From Strigamia acuminata (taxonomy: Eukaryota): 64,000 nt of DNA. The notes below the pieces were generated by a model. That model worked only from the letters and a program-made list of their open reading frames with translations. It made no database searches and was not told the origin of the DNA. The translations under genes and the position numbers were made by a program. Of this stretch, positions 35,701 through 48,176 are shown one piece after another; position 1 is the stretch's first letter; each line of letters begins with the position of its first letter. Location of the stretch: assembly GCA_949358305.1 (NCBI GenBank), contig OX442314.1:24304001-24368000 (forward strand). Reading direction: 5' to 3'.

Positions 35701-38700
35701 TTCCTGTTTCGTCATGGCAGAATCTGTTTAACAATCTTGTTGTCCTTCGCATGACTGTGGTCCCGTTCGGGGTGAATTCATCTTCCTTCATTTAATACAT
35801 TGTGTTAATTTGGCCATTTATCGGTCTAGATATTTATATAAATTTATATTTACTTAAATAAATGTTAACTCACTTCATTTTATCTCTTGCACACAAAGTT
35901 CACAGGTTCCCTATACTTATCTCGCAATATGATAGGTGATGATTTAGCTAATTATTGATGAAATATTAGCACTAGTCCGCCATCGTCACAAATAAATAGA
36001 AAAAAGAAGAAGAGGACTTGGGGTGAGTGAAGACTGGATGAAATTGCATCAGAAAGATAAGGCATTGAAGCAGATAGAGTGAGTCTCGACTCACGACAGA
36101 GGGCAGAATCTGTCATGCGGGTTAAAGAGGTAGAAGAGCAGAGATAAAACACGAGACTCGACTGATAACGAGCATCTCTTACTTACTACAAATATTCCTT
36201 TATTTTTCGTGTAATTTGTGATCCGAGTCGATGGTCGGTGCTGGGTTTACTTTGATTTACCATTGTTCGTTTCGTGTGGCGCGAGGAGCTTGTTATCACA
36301 CTCGAGAGGTCTACGACCAAGCCACGCAAGAGCACAAAGAAAGAGGGGACGGATTGCAATCAATCGTCTTTTCCTGGTCACTTGAATGGTAAATAGAAGG
36401 TGGTGTGTGTCTTGTGTCGTCTTTCAAACTTTCTTCTGAAACATTAAGTAAATTGAGAAGAGAAAGAGATGCGATGCCATCAATCCTTTTCTTTCCCTCT
36501 TTACACTCGTCTTTCTTCTTTTAAATTTCTCGCCTTTTTCCGAGGAATTCCAATCGATTTATTAAAAACAGATTGTTTTCCATCCTCATGTTATTCCAAT
36601 TTAATTCCCTCGAGAAGAAGTGAGAGATGTTTTTCCTCTCGCCAACAACATAGAGGTTTGAAAAAATAAGAGAGATGCTGAGCGGTGATAAGATGCTGGG
36701 AGAGTGCGTGATAGGTTAGTGACGACATGGCTGATGATGAGAAAGTCTCTCTGGAGAATGCCGACTCGTAAACACCACTTACTCCCACAACAACCTAACA
36801 CAGTTAAGAAAAAATAAAAGAAGAAGATGGGAAATTAAAAGAAGAAAATGTTGCGCTACTTACTTGGCAATATTCAACATGATTTGCAACGCGGCTGCAT
36901 CGAGAGAAATTCCGCAGTGTTTTCACGCATAAATAAATTGTCACAATTAAATTTCTAAAAAAAAAAAAGAAGAAAAAAATGGAAATTGAAGCAAATTTTT
37001 TTTCATCGTCTGCACTTTGATTAATAAAAAGTTTGATTTATTAAAAATGTTTATTCTATGAATTATTCGCACATTTTCTCACCGCCAGTGTAATTAGTAG
37101 CACTGTGCATGAATGAGGTCTGTTAAGAGAGTCTTTAAACATTTAAAGCATTTTAATTTTAAGCGCATAAGATAAAATTAAAGCGACCCAATTGAAAACG
37201 ATTTGTCGGTAAACGAACCAAGAAAAATAATTTAAACCGACAAATAAAAACACTAAGAGTCCACTAACAAATAAATCAATAAAAGCACTGAGAATCTCAA
37301 CATTATGATAACAGATTCTGTTGATTTTCCACTCGAACAAAGCAACAAATCCGTAAAATATTCTGCAGATGGTTAGTGTAGCAAACTAAATTGAACCGTT
37401 GATTTGCAACCTTCGATCCGTTTGTAGCCGCCAGTCTAAACCCAATCGAGTGGTAACAAAAAAAAAGAAAGAAAAAAAAAGATTTTTCTGTCACCAGAGA
37501 GTGTGGAAGGGAAAGTGAATTCCAAGAGTGATTGCAGAGCCAATCGAATGAGTGAGACCATCACCGCCAACCTAATGACTTCCTGCACCAATATTTTTCT
37601 CGGCTCTTGTGGTCGCTTTACTTCTTATCTCGACCATCAATGACGGACGAGTTGGTGTTGGTGGTGTACCTTCCTTTCGCCCACTTTTTCGCATCTTTTA
37701 ACAACTTTTTCTACCCATCGCGATGCCCGAGATAAAGCCAGACCCGGCAAACAACCGGCAGCACACCTCCATTTGTACCGGCAAAAACACAGCTTTCCTT
37801 TCCCCACTCTCTCTGTCAACGCGTATGGAAACTGGAATAAAAATGACAAATTGAAATCGATCGAGCATTGTGTCTAAACATGTGCCTGTCATCAGTCAAC
37901 TCAGCTGCTAGTTCAATAACCTGTCACTAAAATAAGACTTTGATCTTAGTCGGAGGAAGATGCAACCAACACCATTCGCTGCCCACTCTAAGACTACGCG
38001 AATCGATCGTCCAGACAAGTTTTGTTTGATGGATTGCTTTCTGCCGATTCTTATTCATCTTCGAAAAGAACTTTTTTTCTTCCTTTTTCTTTCCTATGTC
38101 TGTGTGCCGAGAGGCTTTTCCATCTTATCGATTCCAGAAACAGAACAGGAGGATGAAAGCGAAGCAGCCAGCTTCAAAATCCGACTTTGTATCCGTGTTG
38201 ACATAATTAGGTCGGGCAGACAAGTGTTAATGATGTAAACAAAAGGGGTCGAGGGTTGTTTGAATAAGCAAACCGTTTAAAAGTATGCGTCATGTGTGAT
38301 TATTATCGATCTTTGCCCATCGCTAAATACCCTTATCGAGACTGCGGCAAAAGTTTGTTCGATCTCCGAGTAAACTCAACGGACGAGACAACACCTGCTC
38401 CGAATTAAATTCCTGGTCTCTGCGATGTTGGAAAGCCCACCGCAAAGACGCAGGGACACAATTCATTTTCTTTTCTATTTTCACGTGCGAATGCACATTC
38501 GAGGATGTAAACCAACTTGATCTTAACGCTGTGCAGTTTGGTTCTACTCACATCCAGAAAAGTTGAATGCAAGTTTGTTGTTTGCTGGTGCGACACAAAA
38601 TTACCTCCATCATCTGCGAGAATATTCGGTAACATTTTTGAATTAAGGTCGATCGATGCATTTGTTGTCGGGCACCGCGTCGTAAGGCCATCTGGCGGTA

Positions 38701-38994
38701 TGCAGCGGAGCAGCCAATTTATTTCAATTTATTAAAAACCAACACGGGTCGACTTTAATTCTCCGCGAGACGTCTTGAAAGTGAAGGCAGGTGAGGTGCA
38801 TGTTCGAGGTGTCTTTGGCACGTGATGGCGATTTAATCCTCACGGTCCGGTGGCACGTATGATAAATTACACTTTCTCGATGGGAATTAATGAAAGCTCA
38901 GCGTGCTGTTGTACACATTGTGCGCAAACTTTTTGAAAGCTTGTTTCCGTGATTAGGAAATAGTGTTTGATGGAATGTTTAGCTTCGTCTAATA

Positions 38995-39050
38995 ATAGGT
39001 AATAATAATAATAATAGGTAATAATAATAATGATGATGATGACGATGATA
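38995..39050. repeat. (AAT)n/(GAT)n compound microsatellite
   Basis: Directly visible. Confidence 0.85.
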
Positions 39051-39469
39051 AAGGAAAATAAAACGGTCGGGTGTTTTCTGGCAGTCGCGCCCATCGTTTG
39101 TTGTTTTGGGGCTGCAAAATAAATCGTCAAAGGACACTGAACCAGCACCAGGGATTTGTGGAAATTTACGATCGGAGCACCCGTCGAGTTTGCCTTGCAT
39201 TAAATTGATGGAGGAGGCGCATTTTTAATTTTGTTTCTCCTCGCCACGCAAGCCGTGCTCATCGCACCACAACAGCAGCAGACCAGGCTCGAAACGACGC
39301 ATGCGCGTCGAGCGGTCGGATCGGTGAGCCCGTTCGAATCTTTGTCCTCCGCTTATGGGCAGGTAGGAGTGAGTCAAACCTCGAGGAATGCTCACACCGA
39401 CACATGGATACGGCAGAGTGGACGGAGACACGGACCACCACCGACACTTTCCCCTCCAAACCGGCACGG

Positions 39470-39560
39470 ATGGGAAACGCCAAACGCGCAGCCTTCCTCA
39501 TCACGCTCGGCGGATTGATGCTGCTACTCGCTCTGGTGGACGGCAACCCCATCAGCAAAG
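39470..39560 (+). CDS. First coding exon (signal peptide) of a secreted or membrane CUB-domain-like protein; alternative in-frame ATG at 39404
   Basis: MGNAKRAAFLITLGGLMLLLALVDG-NPISK has a basic N-region, hydrophobic core and V-D-G cleavage site. The sequence is GC-rich and ends in a consensus donor AAG|GTAAGT at 39560/39561 (phase 1). Confidence 0.75.
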
Positions 39561-42500
39561 GTAAGTTTTGCCATTTTATTCAAACATTTTGTATATTTTT
39601 CTTTTTTTGTATCTTTTGGAATTTTTTTTCTTTCTCTTAAAGTAGCTTATAAAGTCATTTCATTTCAACTGGCAAGTTTGTTAAGCGCCTTAAATTAAAT
39701 TCTTAACCTTGCGAAATAAGAGTGCGACGCATCTTCTCGCCTCGATTATTCAAAAGGATTTGTTTTAATCTCGAGCAAAGAAAGATTTTACGACCCACTC
39801 CATGTGCAGGTGCTAAAATAAAGTTGTTATGAGGCATCAAGTCGAGTGCAATTTATTTTGCCGATCGAGGGCTTTGTTTAGAAGTGGAAGTAAAGTGTCA
39901 ATCACGCGCCAAAGGCAAGCGATGAATATTCAGCAGCAGCACAAACAAGTGTTAGTAGGTGCCAATCTCATTTCATTTCCCTCTCCTCCCCTTATTTTTT
40001 TTCTCTTCACGCTCCGCTAATCGACGATGCATTTACCTCACAATCGAAAACTAAATTGGAAAGAGTCGAGCTTCCTCTGAAAGCAATAAATTTTTTTTTT
40101 ATACTTTTTTTGTCCTTCTTTCGACTCATCTTTTTCTCGTCAATTTCCTGATTGATAAAAGCCACTGTACCACGAGTAAATTACCAAAGCGCCGCCTCCG
40201 AAAAAAATATCGAATTACTAAAAAATAAAAGCGCACAAAACAAATCTCAAAGTGACAAAAAATACCAATAAATAAATAAAAAAAAACTCTTTCAGTTTCG
40301 AGAAATTCATCGCCGCTTGAGCCTTTAAGGTGGCTGAGAAATTAGTTAAAACAACGACGAGCAGCAAAAACTCCGCCTCGGTGCTTCCCTGCAGAGCCCC
40401 ATAATTCTTCCAGACACCGTATTACGAGAATATATTTTTTTATCCCAATTTTTTTTTACCAGGTGCAGCACATGTGACCTTGTACGGTCTCTCTACTATA
40501 AAACCTGATTCTTAAGTTTGTCGAGAATGTGGGAGATGGAAAGCGGCTTAGCTGTGGGAATTCCGAAGGGCACGACTGGCATCCGTTCGACCGCAGCTGC
40601 AAGGCGCACGACTTTTCTCCATGTTTTTAGACTGCGAGTTGCATGGCCGGCTAGTTAATTAACTGGAGCTTATTTGAGACGCAGCCGCACAGTGCTCGGG
40701 GTTTTCGAGCACAACATGGGGGTTCGTCGGTTAATTGAGTTAAATGAGTTGCAGCTTGCAAACTCGCTAGCCACCGTGCGCCTCGCTGGGATTTATACAT
40801 CGCGCACACCAACTCACACCACAACATCGACTAAAAACTGCATTCACCCTTAAATTCATTAACCTAATCGTAAATGACGCACATCAATTCGCTACATGAC
40901 ATCCATCATTATTCCGGCAGATTGCGAACAAACAAAACCTGTTTCGCGCCACTAGTCATTCATTTACTTAATGAAAGCGCCGCAATGTTATCAATTTGTA
41001 TATTTAAGTGAAAACTAACACCATTTATTGGTCTATTTATTCTAGTTATTAAATATGAATTAACGCCTGAATGATATCATTTCACTCCGTTGTACGGTAT
41101 TTACCGCATCAAAACAAAAGGGGTAAAATAACAACTTTTTGCACCGTTTATTAAAGTGTATAGATTATTATTATTATAGTCCTGGAAATAAATTAATGCT
41201 CAAGTGCTCATGTAAAATAAGAGAAATCACTTTTCGTCTTGCGTGAATTTTTAGACGAAATGTCTCAATTTTCTATTCGTAAGGCTTATTATTGTTGTTT
41301 GATCTTAAACAATGAACAAGTTGGTGCAAAATTGTACACCTCCAATCGTTGCAATCGTCTCACTAAACTAGAATCCAATATGGCTGCCAACAAGAAGCGA
41401 TTTGAGCCAGAAAACTCGATACACACCCGGAGATCTAAACATGTTTAAAAGAAAAAATCTCGTTCAAAATGTCGTCTAAACGGGTTTAAACGACTGTACA
41501 GACGTTATTAAAGGCACCTACGTATACTACTTCATTATTTACCATATTTTACCACACTGAAAAGATTGAATGCCACCAAGGAAAGTAAACTTGCTGATTT
41601 ATCGTTAATTCTCTCCACTCAAAAAAACGAGCACGCAAAATCTCTTCGTGAAACCAAGCACTGGAACAATACTCCCATTGGATTCCGGAGACTAAGAATT
41701 TATTGCGAAGCAGCTAATTACATCAACAGCTGTAAACACTTTAAATTTATTTTTCAACTTATCGATTTCATTGTACCTCGTAAATTCCACGTTCGAAACC
41801 AAACACAATAACAAATCTAACTTGCATCTTTAGAAAACTAATTTTGCAAAAAATCCACTGCAAGACCACGTGACACCAGACCTAGTTATAATGACATTTT
41901 TTTCCATCCTCTTTTTTCGCGCCGGGAAAGCTTAAGTAGGGTGTGCGTTTCATATTTGATGAATAACTCGACGGTCGAGAGGTAAAACTTTCTCGAGAGG
42001 ATAAATCCCTGCAACCAAAGAGCTGAATGCTGGGCTCTCACGGCTCATTGGAATGGGTCACTCGATTTCTGTCACCCTGGGCTAGTGAGTGTAGTGGCCT
42101 CTTCTTACCACTAGAGAGCTTTAAGAATCTGATAACGAGGCTAAGCACATGGCTGAGGGGTTGGAGGTTAATGCTTGGGTGCCAGCTAAAGCTGGAGTGC
42201 AGATTTGTTGCAAGGAGACGATCAATTTGGACAGGTCTTTGCAAGATGTGAAATCACAACTCGAACATTAATCGATAATTCCAAACTGCCTTCCCCCACA
42301 AAAATATTTCTTTTCAATTCGCAGAAATTTTATCTCGGGATCGCTTTTCACATCCCGCTCCTCCAAATCCCTCTTTTCCAAGTCATTAAAATGGTGTCAT
42401 GCAGTTTGCATGTCATTAAGAAAAGCTGGTTTCACTTTTCCTCAGCAGAAACGCAGCATAAACCAAAAAAAGAAAGAAAAAAAAATCTTACCTTTTCAAA

Positions 42501-45500
42501 AGATGTTTTGAATCCATAGCGCAGACGGAAAAGACGAGTCGAAAAACATCACCGAAGTCACTTATCGATTTTTAATACATTACTGCACAAGTTGTCACTG
42601 TTTTTCTTCTAAAAGGAGAAACAAGAAAAATAAAGAAAAGAAAAAAAACTAAAAAAAAAAAAATTTAATTACCCATTCTTAAGTCACTCAATCGCGGCAT
42701 AGAAGAAAAACCGCAATAATAAAAAGCGAATATTAAAGCTCCCTAAATTAATTCGCACACTTTAAGGTTGCGAAATCAAAGTGCCTTAATGCACAAAAGA
42801 AAAGAAAATAATAACGCTAATGATAATTATTATTTGTAAAAAGAAAAGAAAAGAAAAAAAAAAAAGGTAACAAAAATTTCCTTATCTGTTTGCGAACTCA
42901 CTATGTTGGCAATAAAAGCGCTTTAACTACCCGTACAATTGTCGCGTGTCGTTAATGAGCTAAGGTAGGGGCGATGTGGGATCAGGAACCTCCCTCAACC
43001 CGGTGCTAACCAGCTTTGTAATTGTCCGAATTCCTTCATGCTTTGCCTCGACACTCCCTCGCTTTTCCTTTCTTTTCTGCGCTCTGCGCTCTCTCGACCA
43101 ATCCCAATACGAAAAAAAGAAGCAGTTTGTTGTTATTGAGAATGTAATCAGGTGTGGATCAGGTCTTTTGCCTATAGCTCCTTTTCACAGGTGTTTTTCG
43201 GATCACAACATTCCCTCCCCCAAAGAAAAAGAGATAAATAAGAACATGCTGGAATTAAGTAAGACAAAGAAAAAAGATTGGGGGATTAGTTTGTAATAAA
43301 GAATGGTCGTGGAGTTGGGAAGAGGGGGGGAAAGATTATTAGATAATTAGAAGAGCAAGGAGATGATGGAAGACATATGCAGAGAGCCAGACGATTCTAT
43401 CCAGGGTTTTGCCAATTGATTTCTCTAGTGCTGCAACACACAAGATGGGTTCACGTGGCTTGTGTTATCAGTAATTCCCGAGAGAACTTCTAGCGAGAAA
43501 ACGAGATAAGAACACTTTGCCTCCTCACTAGATGCTCTATGCACATGTTTCTCTTCTGTTGAGTTGAGAGATACGCCCCCCTTCCCCACCCCCAAACCAT
43601 TTCTTTCGAGTTCTTCAGTCTCTTTCGTTGAGCTGCACCTCTTCTGTTTGAATGTTTTCTCTCAAGTTAACATTCATGAACCAATTAATGACAATTTTCA
43701 TAATTACCACCCACCACACCACTCCAAATGCACTCGAAGCGAGTGAGTGTTGCAACCGACAATTATGTATAGACTAACTGCAGGAATATTCAGTTCAAAT
43801 TAGTGTTCTAGAATGAAGGAAAAATAGATTTTTAATTTGGTGAATATTTCTTCCCATTGCATGTTGTGCAATTATTTATAGATTACAAGTACAGTTGGCT
43901 ATGTTAAATTATTTGGTTTTACGAACAACAAAAATTGTGTACTGTAGTTCCTCTTTTTGCTCAATTTATTACCATTAACAGTTTGTGTCAAATGTGACAC
44001 TAGTTCTCAAATTGCAAATGATGAGATGTCTAAAATCCTAGTAACAAGTTGAAATCCTAATTGAAAAGTTGTAAATTTGAAGAAATTGCAATTGGCACTT
44101 GATCGTGAAGAAGAACACACACAATACATATATTTAAAACGCATAAGAAACGCAATACAATGAAATAAAAATATAATAAGTAAAAATTAATTTCAAAACA
44201 AAATGCAATATTTTAAAAACATGAAATAAATGAAATACATTAAATCAAGAGATAAAACAAACTAAAAACTTGTAAAACCATACGGTTTTCACAGTTTGGA
44301 CACCAAAAAACAACCACAAACCATAAAAGCAATTAGAGTGGTTTTTAAAAGTTATTTTTACAACTAACTTAAATTCAAATGGTTGCCACACGTTAAATCA
44401 GTGGCGGAACGTGACTGTTTTCATAGAAATGTGCTATAATTCGTTCGTTGGATAAAAACGAAGGGAGTTTTAATTACCATTACTTGTAAAACCCAAAACT
44501 AAACTCGAAACGCAGAAAAACGAAATAAACTCACACACCCTCGTAGTTAGGAATGTTAGAATGCAATTACTGCAACACAGAGTACACTGCAGTTGCCATA
44601 TTTTGTAAATATTGAACTATAAAACTGAATACCGCTGGAAAATGTTATATATTGTGGCACTAACAGTCATTTCAAGCCACCACAAATGTTACCTAAATCT
44701 CACCATCTCACCTTCACTATACGAGCTATTAAAATAGAAATAACCTTTTCTAATATCTATACATCTACATCTATCATACAATGAATGAATACGCAGCCGT
44801 TGCAAAATATCAAACTCATTTCAATGTTTGTGATGTAATAATAATAAAAATGACAATATTAGCATACTTTGGCCAACTTATCTTGCTGTGCATCTGCAAA
44901 TGTGTGATGGCATTGACGTTAAATGATTGTTTGAGAACAAACGTACCAACAGTTTATCGTTTGCGTGTTTACACGTTGCTTAGTTTATTTCAAAAATATA
45001 ATAGAACACTGGTTGAATTGTTGACCGCAACAATAACCGCAGATGATTATATAAATGTTAGTTGAATTTATAATGACAAAAGCAGATGAATTTTTAATCA
45101 ATTATGCAAATCCTCTGCAAATAATTGTATATATTTAAGACAAATTTTATGTGTACTCTGTTTTGTGGAAACAAACTTAGCCATAAGTCTATTGAAGATA
45201 AATACAGTAAAGAAGGAATTCAACAACATTTATGTTGCTAAATACATATTTGGATTGTTATATCTGGAAAGAGTTGGACAACTGTCTAAATATATATTTG
45301 CATTCAAATATCGGTTTCCAAACTATTCTCGGCAAAAGTGCTGACTTGTAAGTTTGTCTTTGGCTATTCTAACAAGAGTATGAATGTGTTTTAGCAATCC
45401 GCCAACAATCCATCCATCATACATTTATTTCTTTCTTAGAAATGGCAAAAAATGTATAACCATTTTCATATAAATCGGTTCCATTCTACATCAACCATGA

Positions 45501-45959
45501 GTTTTTATAAACTCGAGCACCAGAAAAACTGGACAAATTTTATCGGTTGAATTACCAAAAGTATAAACCTTTTTTGGAACCACTGCTTTAATATTTTGCC
45601 GACAGATGGTGTGATAGCTCTCTGCATATTAGGACGCCATTGCTGCATCGCCGCAATCAGACTATCAGACATACGCAAAGTATTTGTTCATTTTTGAAAG
45701 GAAAGGAGCAAAAAGATTTTTTTTTCACATATATTTACGTACGTTTCTGGCAAAAATTGATGAATGTTGTTCCATTTTTTTCTCCAGAAACAAAACTGCC
45801 AGTCAATTTAAAAACAAGATTTATTTCACTTTATCCGAAAACTACCGTACTGCATGCATCCATTACATAAAAATAAATTTAACTCCAAAAAAATTGTCAT
45901 TCTAACAAATCTAATGAAAATTTCATTTTATTTCCAAAACGAAAAACATCAAAGCTCCA

Positions 45960-46045
45960 AAATAAAAAATCAAAAAAATAAAAAAAATCAAAAAAATCAA
46001 AAAAATCAAAATAAAAAAATCAAAGCAAATCCAAATAATCCAAAA
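45960..46045. repeat. A-rich 9-bp tandem repeat (AAAAAATCA-like)
   Basis: Directly visible. Confidence 0.7.
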
Positions 46046-47865
46046 ATGCAAAAGACATGTCCCCCATGAAAAAAGGAAATTTTTTTAATAAAATAAAAGC
46101 CCAAACCCTTAAAGAATAAGTCGCAATAAGAAGGCAAGTCTTCCATCACCCACAACCACGCTTTTTCCACCAGGTTATTTCGAATCCTCTTAAAAAAATT
46201 GCCTAAAGAGACGAAGGTGTTTTCTAGGTCGAAATGGATAAGAGGTGGTTTCCACGATGTGCAAGTGCGTTATTTTAACTCACTCGACCACAAAAGGCGT
46301 TGGCGATGGCGGCAGGCGAAGCGAGTGTCGTCAGTCTCCCTCTTTTTTCTTTCCCCCCTCGCTTTGCTAGTCAAACTGGCTATTGAGTTCGATTTCCTGT
46401 TGGCACTCGGCCAAAGTGTTTCCTTTTCCCTTTTCCATCTTGGGGAAATGTTTAAACTCGACCAAGACACGCGTCTACTTCCTTTCTACCGTCGTTTACT
46501 ACCCGTTTAAGCAGCACTCTCTGCTCTCCTCTGCTCTGCTCCCTTCTGATTCATATTCTATTAACAGGGTGTATACACAGGTTGCACATCCGTTTATTTA
46601 CCATCACGATAAAATCCCTGCCGTTGCTTAGTTTCCCTCTGCATTGGCATCACATCCTGCTGCAAAAACGCGCCACGTGGCTGACACAATGCATAAAGAA
46701 AACAGGATTCAATATTGACACTAGCTGCTTCCCTTTAACCAGCACGCTCCATCAATGAGGTCTCTTCTGCTTCCGTATCAAACGGCGCGCTGCGACTGTC
46801 CTCCGGGAAGGAAGGTACCATATAGGCGTTGACCTGGGGGCCAAGAGGCGTCACTACACGATTAGGACCAAGATGTTACCCTCTGTTCATGTTAATTAAA
46901 GTTAATGCCAGTTCATTAATTGCAAATGCTCCTAAATCTTTAAGTAAAACTAATTAACATTCAAAAGATAATTATTAGATCAAATTCTCTGAATCCCGTG
47001 ACGATTGTGGCGCATTTTCTGCGCCTAATTATGTCTTTTATGTGGAAACAAACTTGCTCAACTCATGCTGTGATGTTATGTTGTTACCGTGCATTGCCGG
47101 ACTAACCACTTCTGAGGCCCTAAGCAGACGCATGAATGAGGTTTCCTTCCATTTTTCAAAAATTCAATATATGAAATAGGACGTAATTGAAATAAATATG
47201 TACATTCGTTAATTAATATACATTAATATACTAATCACATTATGTAATTAAATATTTGAATTACTTTAAAATATCAGGCGAAATTATTTTGAGGAAACTA
47301 TGGAACAAGCTGTGGCCTAGTTAGCTTTATGGTATTTCCGGCACTGTTTTCGAGTTTGTGTTGGATTTCGTTTTGACAGCCTGTGTGATCCGAAATGTCA
47401 TCTGAAGATGGTCTGAATTGATCGATTAGTACGTAATCAAATATTTCGTCGAAACCACTGCTGAGTTTGATGTATTTTTGATGGTTTATAAATCATTGTG
47501 TCAGGATGGAGCATTCGATATTTCTGAAAAATAATTATTTCATCAGCGCAAGAGTGATGGAAAATCCATAACTGGTTTAATTGGATAAGAAAAGTAACTT
47601 TTTAGGACTAGCAATGCGGGCATAGGACAGTTTTGTATATATTATTCAGACAAATAAAAGAAAATAAGTCGGGGATATAGAAATGGAAAGCCAAACAATT
47701 GAGTTAGAATGCTTGGTAAAATCAACAAACGTTCTCATTTTAGAGAGATGAAACCTCACGAGGACCAGCAGCGATGCCAGCAAATGCAGGTTTCTCGTTT
47801 TCAGGCAAATGAATGGCGAAGTGCTCTTAACATTCACAATTGGTAAATTCATAATTGGAACCAAC

Positions 47866-48028
47866 TGTGGGAAACGTGATTTATATTGCGCATGCATTGT
47901 CGTTTGGTTGCTACGGCAACTTGGTTGTTAGGTTATAAGTTTTTCATGACCATTCGTTGTACGCCATTCCTGAAAGTAAAACGTTATATTTGTTCCTGTT
48001 TGAAAACGACTCCTCCTTGACTCTAACA
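47866..48028 (+). repeat. 5' LTR
   Basis: TGTGGGAAAC...CTCTAACA, same sequence as 52468-52630. Confidence 0.97.
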
Positions 48029-48031
48029 TAT

Positions 48032-48042
48032 TGGTAGCAGAG
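48032..48042 (+). promoter_or_regulatory. Primer binding site, complementary to the 3' end of animal initiator tRNA-Met
   Basis: TGGTAGCAGAG, 3 nt downstream of the 5' LTR. Confidence 0.85.
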
Positions 48043-48176
48043 TAAAGGTTGCTCCAAAACGGTTCACGGAAAGAGGAAGACGTTTGCGAAGTTTTTCCTT
48101 TCTAATTAAAAGAAAAGAAGAACACAAGGTGGAACAGAACGTTCGACAGAAAAAGGCTTACAGAAAAGAACACGAA

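Noticed and set aside
47402..47456. CTGAAGA-stem motif resembling a Penelope-type minimal hammerhead ribozyme
   Set aside because: The required GAAA after stem II reads GATT and the flanking stems are not evident.
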